From: Octopus sinensis
Lineage: Eukaryota
Assembly: GCF_006345805.1 (NCBI RefSeq)
Contig: NC_043000.1
Location: forward strand, 102,238,001 to 102,302,000
Direction: 5' to 3'
DNA: 64,000 nt
Position 1 is the stretch's first letter, and each line of letters starts with the position of its first letter. Made by a program: the position numbers and the translations under genes. The notes under the pieces are model-generated. The model was not told the DNA's origin. It did no database searches and saw only the letters and a program-made list of their open reading frames with translations. Shown here piece after piece: positions 38,061 through 49,679 of this stretch.

Positions 38061-38110
<50 letters not shown>

Positions 38111-38348
38111 CGTGTGTGTGTGTGTGTGTATGATATCTGTGTGTATATATATGTTTATGTGTGTGTATTGGAGTCAAAAGTTGTCGCACAAATACCAAAA
38201 AAAAAAAAAAACATTCTACGACATTCTCCTTTTGGAATGACTACAAACTAGTGGAGCCGTGTATAATGAAATAACCTCGACAACATGATTGAGTCTTCTA
38301 ATTGTAACCTGTATTTCGTATATGTATGCGTGAGTATGTTAGGGTCGC

Positions 38349-38457
38349 GCGCATGTGCGTATGTGTTGTGTCTGTATGTGAATTACAGCATGTCTGTAAT
38401 GCGACAAAATAAGTCATAATTTCAATTTTCTTTCGCGCCAGCACACTTCCGGTGAGT
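38349..38457 (+). promoter_or_regulatory. Possible promoter or first-exon motif cluster
   Basis: NRF1-like GCGCATGTGCG (38349), E2F-like TTTCGCGCCA (38431), ETS CACTTCCGG (38444) overlapping a CG|GTGAGT donor (38452), all in non-repeat sequence. Confidence 0.25.
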
Positions 38458-38788
38458 TTGTTACTTTCCTTGTTTAATCAAAATACCGTAATACCGAAAA
38501 ACAATTATTTGATCGGTATTACCGTAAGACACTTATTTGATCGATTCGTAATTTTTCTTTTTTACTCGTTTGTTGTTTTCCTCAATGTTGTTTAAGTTTT
38601 TTCCGTTGTAATTGTTTTCTCAGTTGATAATTACAATATATCTACAGCGATTAAATCTTCAGACCTTAACTGCGCCGAAATTTTGCTGATTCTGATAACC
38701 TTGGCTGTCAAGAAAATGCTCAATGTTTAATTTTCATTTTCAGTTAATTATTTCATGTCTTCGATTTTCACAATGTGTGTCTGTGTAC

Positions 38789-38819
<31 letters not shown>

Positions 38820-38845
38820 TACATACATGTGCGTGTGTGTATTCT

Positions 38846-38925
<80 letters not shown>

Positions 38926-39075
38926 ATGTATGAATGTATGTGTGTGTGTATGTATGTATGTATGTATGTATGTATGTATATATGTATGTATGTATGCAAG
39001 TCTGTATGTATATATGTATGTATGTATGTATGTATATACGTATGTATGGATGTATGTGTGTACGTATTTATGCAT

Positions 39076-39353
39076 AGGCACATGGCTTAGTGGTTAGGGC
39101 GCTGCACTCTCGATCACCAGATCGCGGGATTGCTTCTTGGATCGAGCAGCGCATTGTCTTTTTGAGCAAACCATTTCATATTACGTTGCTCTGCGATCAT
39201 TTCGACATCTGACATTTGACATGCATGTGCACCTATACAGGCAATGTCGATTTGATGGACGAAGTGAGCCTGTGTAAACTTAAGCATTTGATCACTACAA
39301 ACAAATCATCTGTGCACGTTATCCAAAACCTCTGTCCGTCGTGTAACGACGGG
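39076..39353 (+). mobile_element. tRNA-derived SINE related to family C
   Basis: Head GGCACATGGCTTAGTGGTTAGGGCG, core TTGAGCAAA..TTACGTTGCTCT, tail CGTCGTGTAACGACGG. Confidence 0.7.
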
Positions 39354-39783
39354 AAAATCCAAAACAGAAAGAAAACAGACCAACGAACACAGCTATATAT
39401 ACCTACACCCCCAGAAAAAACTTATACATATCACACACCCATCCCCCCAGGAGCAGCACATTTCCCTACTTCAAGATAATTCTTGCCAGCTTACAGAATA
39501 CCCGACCAAGGGACATAACTCCTAAACTAAAACTATGGACCCTTTTCCGTTCCACCACCACTTTAACAGCAGCCGCAGGCTGGTTATGCTAATCCACCTC
39601 CGACAATAAAGTGCAGTCGCCATATTCCCTTCCATATCGGTTAACTCTAATGAGCGAAAAGTTATATAATCTGTTTTGTTACGTAACACTCTATTGTATA
39701 TTCTTTACGCGAAACCGATTGGTAACACCAATCGTGAATGGATGTTTAATACTATACATTTCGGATACTGTATATATATATAT

Positions 39784-39832
<49 letters not shown>

Positions 39833-40851
39833 TATATATATATAAAGTGGTGGCTTGTTCCGTTTCTTGTTGGCTACGCAACACAAGCTTTCTGTGTCCT
39901 TAAGTCTTCAAACAGGTGAGATAAGCACCTCCATCCAACAAAGCCTGCATAACTGTCTCCGAGAGATTTCGAAATGCAATATTTCTAACACACACACACA
40001 CGCACACACACACACAAGTGAGTGGGAAAACAAAAGGAAGTAGCACTCGGCGTATTCGATATGAGTTATATGTAATTAAAGAAAAGTTTATCTCAGCTTA
40101 AAGATTCGTGGACACATAGGACACATCCATCTCATTAGATGCTAGCAGTAGTCAAACTTTTATTAAGATTACATTTGTGTATGTATATGTATATGTATAT
40201 GCAAACGAAAATGGGTAACGAGGAATAATCCAGTGTCTAGACGAATGATGTTATATCAAATACCATATACGATAAATTCTTGATTTATTGAAATTTCGTA
40301 AATATCTGGCGACTACTATGCCCAACTTTAAACGAGAAGGGAAAATAATCGCAAAAAGTGATAATTCTCCGAAATCAACATGTCCTTAAAGAAAGCAAGT
40401 AATCAGGTGTTTAAGCGTCACTATTTGTTATCAGTGCTGCACTATCGTACCTTGAATTTAGCATTCGAGATACTTAACTTATTATACATAAAGCGTAGAA
40501 AACATTTATGGCCTAGAGCAATTTGCATAATTTATATGAAAATGAGATAAGAGCAATAATTCAGCGTGGCCATCAGCATGGATATGAACAATAAAGACTA
40601 ATAAAGCTACATCAAATGCCATACAAGATAAATTTTGAACTATTGAAATTATATTCTCATTCTGAAGGAAAAATAAGCGTGTGTTAATTGATTTGCTTTA
40701 TAACCACATTGTTCTGAGTTTAGTCTCACAACGTGGCACCTTGGGCAAATGTCTTTTACTATAGCCTCGGGTCGTCCAAAGACTTATGAGTGGATTTGTT
40801 GGACGGAAACTAGAAGTAGCCTATTGTATATATTTTTGTATGTATATATAT

Positions 40852-40931
<80 letters not shown>

Positions 40932-40981
40932 CATGTATATGTGTATATATATATATACATATATACATATATATATAATAT

Positions 40982-41014
<33 letters not shown>

Positions 41015-41648
41015 ATATATATATATATATACGGACGGGGGGTTGTGATTGTGTATAGAAGAATATATTAATAAAGGAATTCCAACCTTGTCTGATTTTC
41101 ACGTTTTATTTACAATCTTATAATGATATAATATAAGATAATATAATATAATAAAATAAAATAAAATAATAGAATGTTAATGTTCATTCTGATTGAACTA
41201 GTATTTCATGCATTAATTATGCAATCTTCAGGTTCATGTAGTAGTGGTGACAGTCATGCTTCACAATTTTTGACTGTAGCGAGATGGTTAAATCTGTGCC
41301 TTAAATACACCTGTGTAGGCTCCATATTGCTAGGTTTTGCAAACTGTATTCTGACCAATCAGTGTGTAGCATCACTCAATTACTTAAGCTGATTGGTTTA
41401 GGCGTCACGCTTTGTTGAACATGTCAATTACGTCACATATAAATTTATATTTACGAATAAGTAAGTCTCTGTATTTAATTTTTTTACGGTTCATAGGATC
41501 ATATTCAAGGTGGCGTCGTCATTCATGCGTGCCAAATATTATCCAAACTCACAAAACCGGATATGCTTCCGTTCTGCTGCCAGTTGCAGTACACCGCTGC
41601 CAAAACGTCTCCAAACAAGTCTGGCATACAATTGCAAAGCGAGACACT

Positions 41649-42250
41649 GTGGTGGTGACGGTGGTGGTGGTGACGGTGGTGGTGGTGGCGGTTTGGTGTG
41701 TGGTGTGTATGGTGGTGTGGTGTTGTGGTGGTGACGGTGGTGGTGGTCGTGACGGTGGTGGTGGTCGTCGTCGTCGTGGTGTTGGTCGTGGTGGTGGTGA
41801 TGGTCGTGGTGGTGGTGGTAGTGGTGGTCGTGATGGTGGTGATGGTGGTGGTGGTTTTCGTGGTGGTGGTGGTGGTGGTCGTGTTGGTGGTGGTGGTGGT
41901 GGTGGTGATGGTGGTGATGGTGGCGGTGGTCGTGGTGGTGGTGGTGGTGGTGGTGGTGGTGATGATGGTGGTGGTGGTGGTCGTCGTCGTCGTCGTGTGT
42001 TGGTGGTGGTGATGGTGGTGATGATGGTGGTGGTCGTGGTGGTGGTCATGGTGGTCTTCGTGGTGGTGGTGGTGATGGTGGTGATGGTGGTGTTGGTGAT
42101 GATGGTGGTGGTGATGATGGTGGTGGTGATGATGGTGGTGGTGGTGGTCGTCGTCGTCGTGATGGTGGTGGTGGTGGTTATGGTCATGGTGGTAGTGGTG
42201 ATGGTGGTGGTGGTCATGGGGTCATGGTGTTAGTGGTGGTGGTGGTGGTG
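41649..42250. repeat. Degenerate (GGT)n trinucleotide tract of about 600 bp
   Basis: GGT/GAT/CGT variants. Source of the poly-G/V/P/T ORFs. Confidence 0.97.
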
Positions 42251-42462
42251 TTTGTGGCAGAGTTGTCCTTTGATTGTGAAGCTGTCGTCTGGGTTCTTCC
42301 AATTTTTCTTTGTGTCGGTGGCGGTGTTGGCGTCCATGCTCGCACCTGCACCTGTATTGCTCCTCCCCTTCCTCCCTCCTTCATGAAGCTGTGGGGAAGG
42401 TAAGGTAGGGAAATCAACGTCGTAAGCGTTGTCAAGGAGACCAGCCTTCTTTTCGACGAATG

Positions 42463-42933
42463 GTGGTGGAATTTCTCAATTCACTGGAGCCGCCTGGACT
42501 ACCTCCACACATATTAGCACTTAAAGTTGGAACTCCTGTAATGCTACTCCGCAATCTGGAACCACCAAGACTTTGCAATGGAACACGACTGGTGATTAAA
42601 GAAAATTATGTCACACGTTATCGAGGCGATCATTCTTTCTGGATGTGGAAAAGCTGATGACGTCTTTATTCCAAGATTTTCGCTTACTCCATCAGGAGCA
42701 GAAATTCCATTTACATTCAGAAGACTGCTATTCCCCCTTCGTGTCAGCTTTGCCATCTCCATTAACAAATCTCAGGGTCAAACCCTCTCTGTAGCTGGTG
42801 TTCTCTTGGAAGAGTCCTGCTTCTCGCATGGGCGACTGTATATTGGCTGCTCAAGAGTAGGAACCAAAAGAAACCTTTTTGTATATGCTCCACAAGGAAA
42901 ACAAGGAACATTGCTTACAACGAGGTGTTATAA
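42463..42933 (+). pseudogene. Helitron RepHel Pif1-like helicase C-terminus
   Basis: EFLNSLEPPGLPPHILALKVGTPVMLLRNLEPPRLCNGTRL, then VFIPR..FPLRVSFAISINKSQGQTL..CFSHGRLYIGCSRV, then KTRNIAYNEVL*. Two frameshifts. Confidence 0.95.
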
Positions 42934-43025
42934 TCTCAACAGCCAGGAGGTATATACATGATCCCCTTTTTTCAACAAACTTCATGTACTTCCATGTATT
43001 TATATTAATTTACATATATATGTGC

Positions 43026-43081
<56 letters not shown>

Positions 43082-43526
43082 CAGAAAATCTAATTCTTCA
43101 ATTGAACTAACCGGGCAACGCCGGGTATCTCTGCTAGTAATAAATATAATTTTCCACTCATGAAGCAGTCATAGCTTTATGATTAAAAAGAACCGGTCTG
43201 TGTTGCGTTCTTGAGCAAAACACTTCATTTTATGTTGCTCTGGTGCTGTGTGGGGATTGACATGCCTAAAGAATAGACCCAATGTTTCTTCTGCCTGTAG
43301 AAGGTGACGATGACAGAAGAATTTGAAGTAGGATTTGCACTCCAGTCGCGTAAAACCCTCATCAGCAACGGCTACCCAAAACAGACCCGTGGGGTAGAGG
43401 ACTGTTGCCTGTGTGGTACAATGATGTCATCCGCCAGGAGTAGGATGCAGGGCCGCGCTGTTACAACACATACTCCTATGTTGCTGCTGCTGTTGCTGTT
43501 GCTGCTGCTGCTGCTACTACTCCTAC

Positions 43527-43580
<54 letters not shown>

Positions 43581-43965
43581 ATCTGCATCCATGTTGCTAC
43601 AGACTCGATCCCACTGTTCGGCACCATAGGTGAATGCCTACTAATATATTCTTCACTTGACAGGCTCTGTTTGATGCTTTGTGAAGGATATTTGGTTTGT
43701 GCGTTTCCACGCGCGCGCTCGTGTGTGTATGTGTGTGTGTGTCCGATGAGCTTCCGTCTACCAAATTCACTCACAAGGAATTGGTCTATCCGAGGATATA
43801 CAAGAAGATACTTGCCCAAGATGCCGTGTAGTGGGTTCCAATCGATTACTATAACAAGGGTTTACATAAATGTAATTTACCGATTTGCATATATAGCGCA
43901 TTTTTTCGCCAGTAATAAATTGCTGGTGTGTTAACAGCTCTATTTCATTATAGATCTATAGATAT

Positions 43966-44149
43966 GCGCAGAAGTGGCTGTGTGGTAAGTAACTTGCTTA
44001 CAAACCACATGGTTCTGGGTTCAGTCCCACTACGTGGCACCTTGGGCAAGTGTCTTCTTCTATAACCTCGGGCCGACCAAAGCCTTGTGAGTGGATTTGG
44101 TAGACGGAAACTGAAAGAAGCCCGTCGTATATATGTGTGTATACATATT

Positions 44150-44186
<37 letters not shown>

Positions 44187-44194
44187 TGTGTGTG

Positions 44195-44251
<57 letters not shown>

Positions 44252-44460
44252 ATGTGTGTTTGTGTGTCTGTGTTTGTCCCCCTAGCATTGCTTGACAACT
44301 GATGCTGGTGTGTTTATGTCCCCGTCACTTAGCGGTTCGGCAAAAGAGACCGATAGAATAAGTACTGGGCTTACAAAGAATAAGTCTCAGGGTCGAGTTG
44401 CTCGACTAAAGGCGGTGCTCCAGCATGGCCGCAGTCAAATGACTGAAACAAGTAAAATAA
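43966..44460 (+). mobile_element. SINE family A, full length and young
   Basis: A-box-like GTGGCTGTGTGGTAAG, B-box-like GGTTCAGTCCC, internal (TA)n(TG)n, tail GACTGAAACAAGTAAAA. Confidence 0.95.
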
Positions 44461-45423
44461 AAAAAAGAAAAGAAAGAAAATATACTAATGTATGTTTATT
44501 GATATCTTTTATCGTTTATACTTTACTTGCTTCAATCATTAGCCTGCAGCCATTTTGAGGTACTGCTTTGCAGGGTTTAGTCACACAAGCCGACTCCAGT
44601 TTTTATTGTTTTTTTTTTAAGCCTGATGCTTATTTTATCGGTCTTTTTTGCAGAACCGCTAGGTTCCCGGGACATCAAAGGAGTCAATACCGGTTTTCAA
44701 GCAGTGGAGAGGGACAAGCACAAAATTACACATAAATACATACATGTGTGTGTATATATGTATGCATGTATGTATGGATTAACGAAGACAGGCAAATCTG
44801 AGAGAGATTTACGATGAATTGGTGCGTTCAGCGAAAGTACCTTGTGACTATTCCGCACAGAAGACACTCTCTCACTGCTTCAACTGTAAGAAATACAATG
44901 AAGTAAGGATTTGACTTTTACAAAAACATTTTACCAAACGATTCCATTATTCATTAAATGTATGATAAAGAAATAAATAAATTAATAATCAGGAATCAGA
45001 CACGAAGCCTCTCGACTGATCTTGATGAGATGTTATTCCATGTTACATAGAAATAACTTTCAACCAAACAACATGAAACCGAATGCCTGTGGGAGAAAAC
45101 TGTCAAATCTAAAGTTTCCATATACCATATAGATCTTTAACTAATATGATTGAAACTCGAAAACCACAGCCAACTGCTGAATAAAATGTTTCTTTCTTTC
45201 ACTACATTAATGATTTGTATTGTCGCTAATATAATATACACCCAGCTGTTTGGGCCTCTCTTGATCCTTCTTTCTTTCAAAGCATAGAAATATAACTTAG
45301 CAGAAAAAAATAACCATATACTGCTACTACCACACCTCCTCTCACTCCTACTAAAATTACTACTACAACTACTACTACTACTACTACTCTACTACTACTA
45401 CTACTAATACTACTACTACTACG

Positions 45424-45823
45424 CTTTACTCTTTACTCTTTTACTTGTTTCAGTCATTTGACTGCGGCCATGCTGGAGCATCGCCTTCTAGTCGAGTAAA
45501 TCGACCCCAGGACTTATTCTTTGTAAGCCTAGTACTTATTCTATAGTCTCTTTTGCTGAACCGCTAAGTGACGGGGACGTAAACACACCACCATCGGTTG
45601 TCAAGCAATGTTGGGGGGGGGACAAACACAGACACAAAAACATGTACATACATACATATATATATATATATATACGACGGGCTTCTTTCAGTTTCCGTCT
45701 ACCAAATCCACTCACAAGGCTTTGGTCGGCCCGAGGCTATAGTAGAAGACATTTGCCCAAGGTGCCAAGCAGTGGGAATGAACCCGGAACCATGTGGTTG
45801 GTAAGCAAGCTACTTACCACACA
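45424..45823 (-). mobile_element. SINE family A, near full length
   Basis: Reverse complement of 43966-44460 with an (AAAGAGT)n tail. Flanked by (ACT)n and (AGA)n(ACA)n. Confidence 0.95.
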
Positions 45824-45825
45824 AT

Positions 45826-45856
<31 letters not shown>

Positions 45857-45912
45857 AGAAGAAGAAGAAGAAGAAGAAGAAGAAGAAGAAGAAGAAGAAG
45901 AAGAAGAAGAAG

Positions 45913-45949
<37 letters not shown>

Positions 45950-45989
45950 GGGACAAAGGAAAGAAAGAAGGAAAGAAATAGATGAAGAG

Positions 45990-46597
45990 CACATTAGAAG
46001 TTGCGCATTTCAATCTAAAGGCAGAAATGGAAGATTTTATAATGGAGAGCTCAGGACCAATTTCTACTCGCAGTAAACTATCAAGCAAATGTTCTCTGTA
46101 ATTATGTTCACCCAAACTGTAGTCTACGTTATAACAGTATTGCAACCATCAACCACATTGTGGCTGACTGTTTTAAACTCGCAATAAACGAGTATAAAGC
46201 TTGACATGATTGAATAGAGGAGAGCCTACAGTGGAACATTTGTTGTCATTATGATATTCCCTTTCCTAAAAACTGGTATGAGCACCAACAGAAACCAGTC
46301 ATAGAAGATAATGGATTTACTATCTATGAGACTTCATCAGCCGTACTGATAGATAAATAAATGTCAATAGAGATGATATTATTATCAAATATCACCGACA
46401 AAATGCCTTTTTCCGAATTCTTTGCCAGTACCAACTGATCGAACTACTTGTCAAAGAATTCGAAGAATTACCTGAATATGAGAACCTAGAGATAGAAATG
46501 TGCAAACTGAAAACAATTATTCTAACGGTAGTAGCAAAAGTTCTAGCATAGTTAAAAACAGGGCATCAATCGTCATTGATAAAATACCTGGAAAATC
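45990..46597 (+). pseudogene. Old R4/Dong-clade fragment: CCHC knuckle plus restriction-like endonuclease
   Basis: Hand translation: LKAEMEDFIM/AQDQFLLAVNYQANV..PNCSLRYNSIATINHIVADCFKLAINEYKA*HD, KNWYEHQQKPVIED, RTDR*INVNRDDIII, KEFEELPEYENLEIEMCKLKT. Absent from the ORF track. Confidence 0.85.
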
Positions 46598-46615
46598 AAA
46601 TATACACGATGTCCA

Positions 46616-47005
46616 AAACATAGAGGGGACAAACAAGGACAGACAAACGGATTAAGCCGATTATATCGACCCCAGTGCGTAACTGGTACTTATTTAATCG
46701 ACCCCGAAAGGATGAAAGGCAAAGTCGACCTCGGCGGAATTTGAACTCGGAACGTGGCGGCAGACGAAATACCTGTTTCTTTATTACCCACAAGTGGCTA
46801 AACATAGAGGGGACAAACGAGGACAGACAAACGGATTAAGTCGATTATATCAACCCCAGTGTGTAACTGGTACTTATTTAATCTACCCCGAAAGGATGAA
46901 AGGCAAAGTCGACCTTGGCGGAATTTGAACTCAGAACGTAACGGCAGACAAAATACCTCCAAGCATTTCGGCCGGCGTGCTAACGTTTCTGCCAGCTCGC
47001 CGCCT
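46616..47005 (-). mobile_element. SINE family B head-to-tail dimer
   Basis: Full unit 47005-46775 followed by a near-identical 5'-truncated unit starting at GGTATTTCGTCTGCC. Confidence 0.92.
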
Positions 47006-47296
47006 TGGAGCAGAAATGAAAATTCCAAGTATTTGTCGATGGCGCTATACCGGTTTTGCCAATTTACCGCCTCCAACGTTACCGTCTATTGGGTGGATCT
47101 TTATCAAAGGAATCAAAGGAAGATATTCAAATATGTGGATCTCTAATAAGAAAGAAGTGTTTGTACACTAGTACATGCATGCACACATGTACATATGCAC
47201 ATAAACCCACATACATGTATGTGTGAGTACGTATAAATTTACACATATATGTGTGTATAAATATATATATATAATATATATGTGTATACATACGTA

Positions 47297-47367
<71 letters not shown>

Positions 47368-47686
47368 TGAGTGTGTGTGTTAGTGTTTATATGAAGTGTT
47401 GCGAAAATAAGTTGCTGAAACTAGCTTGTACTGCAAATGGCAGTTTTAGAATTGATTGCAAAAGAGGTCCTGAGACGGTAACCTTTCGAGAATTACTTCA
47501 ACCCTTGGCATAAAAGATGGTCTCACTGCCGCAATAGAAAAGATTGGACTAAAAGAAAATATTTGAATCGTTATTTCAAATAATAACTTTGTGTGTAAAG
47601 AAGTGCACGCTTACTTACATGTTGTATTTATATATTCTATCTATGTATCTATCAATATATCTATCTCTCTATCTTTATCTCTCCAT

Positions 47687-47729
<43 letters not shown>

Positions 47730-48029
47730 TATTTCATATATTCTTATATCTTATATCCACTTATCTTTTAGAAGAGTGCGTAAGTTTACGAGCTGAAAAT
47801 ATGACTTCAATTACTATGTATTTATGTATGTATGTATGTATGTATGTATGTATGTATGTATGTATGTATGTATATGTATGTATGTATGCATGTATGCATG
47901 TATGTAACGTACATACGTGTGTATATGTGTGTATATAACGTGTTGCCTTTGTTTATATGTGTGTTACGGCTACTTTCCTTTCAGGCCCAGCGAAAATCCT
48001 TGTAAATACAGTCCTGAACGTTATATATA

Positions 48030-48032
48030 CGT

Positions 48033-48066
<34 letters not shown>

Positions 48067-48304
48067 AGTGTGTGTGTGTGTGTGTGTATGTGTGTGTGTA
48101 TGTATGTATGTATATATATGTACATACATATATGTATGGTATATATATATATGTATGTATATATCTATATATATATATGTATATAAATATATACATATAT
48201 ATATGTATATATGCATATATATATATGTGTATATATATGTATATATATATATATTATGCATACATATATGTGTATATATATATATTTATATGTGTGTGTA
48301 AATG

Positions 48305-48355
<51 letters not shown>

Positions 48356-48517
48356 GGTATATATATATATATGTATATATGTATATATATATATGTATTA
48401 TATATATATGTATATATATATATACATATATATATACATATATAGATATGTATATATATATATATGTTAATATATATATATATATATATAGACATATATA
48501 TATATACATATATATAC

Positions 48518-48589
<72 letters not shown>

Positions 48590-48590
48590 G
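48030..48590. repeat. Long compound (TA)n/(TG)n tract
   Basis: Directly visible. Confidence 0.97.
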
Positions 48591-49329
48591 CTGTAAATTT
48601 ATATATTTGCATACTTACGGAAACTGATAAGCATACATCCTTGTTCATACACAAATACATAGCTTTAGTGTTTTCGTAGACCGAACGTAAGGGAGAAATT
48701 TAATGAAATAGTGAAAATAAGTTGAGCTGTCAAAGATAATGACAAAAGTGAAATGATGGAACTTCGGGAGAAAATGCCTCAGATCAATCTACGTAAATTC
48801 CTCTCACCATTAATTACCGTCTTCCTGAAAATTCTTTATTATTTAGTAACGCCTGCTTGGAATATTTAAGATCTACAGGAGGCATAATTGACCACGATAT
48901 TGGCCTCATAGATTTTGCGTTTTACGTTCCCTGCCTTGTTTTATGTAGCCACGTCAAAGACAATTACATGACGAAGTGGGGATGTAATTTGGGAAGATTA
49001 CGTGATGTTCATGCTCTCTGATGAATGAGGTTACTGTATATAAGATTTTGTACTTTAAGTTCATATTTCTAGGTAAATAGGGACGTTTCTATAATTACAT
49101 CGGCACTATCTTTCAATCAGTTTCTTCTCCGATCATGGACAGGTGTATTATTCCTAGACGTATTTGTATTCCGAAATTCAATCTCAGAACACACATTTAT
49201 ACGCACACCAGCATGCGCAGACAAGTTTTCATTTTCTTTTGGCTATATCTACTTTTCCTTCCCCAAAATATGAAAGTTTAAAGCAGGATATATAACTTCA
49301 ATTATTGTATGTGCATGCATGTAAGTGTG

Positions 49330-49422
<93 letters not shown>

Positions 49423-49429
49423 CTCGCTA

Positions 49430-49541
<112 letters not shown>

Positions 49542-49679
49542 ATACAATATATACATATATATATATAATTATATACACATATATATATATAATTATAGAT
49601 AAAGGGTGAAATATAATTAATTTAATAAAATCAATAAATTTCACCTAGTAGTATATATATATATGTATGTATGTAAGAT

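Larger units (their letters stand above)
41116..43137 (+). mobile_element. Internally deleted Helitron with a large (GGT)n tract
   Basis: 3' hairpin CCGGGCAACGCCGGG (43111) and CTAG|T end (43134-43138), plus a helicase remnant. The 5' end is tentative (A|TC at 41115-41117). Confidence 0.8.

Noticed and set aside
40250-40650. Diverged direct repeat of about 45 bp (40250 and 40606)
   Set aside because: Short, AT-rich and with no associated element structure.
41412-42233. 273-aa Gly/Val-rich ORF and the antisense 222-aa Pro/Thr extensin-like ORF
   Set aside because: Both are by-products of the (GGT)n tract inside a Helitron.
42460-42961. Host PIF1 helicase gene
   Set aside because: It is frameshifted, intronless and followed by a Helitron hairpin and CTAG end.
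43966-44040. Genuine tRNA gene
   Set aside because: The A/B-box-like head continues into a multi-copy SINE body and I cannot form a complete cloverleaf.
48885-48965. Tc1/mariner WPPRSPDL-like remnant (WPHRFCVL..HVKD)
   Set aside because: Too short and degenerate, with no TIRs found.
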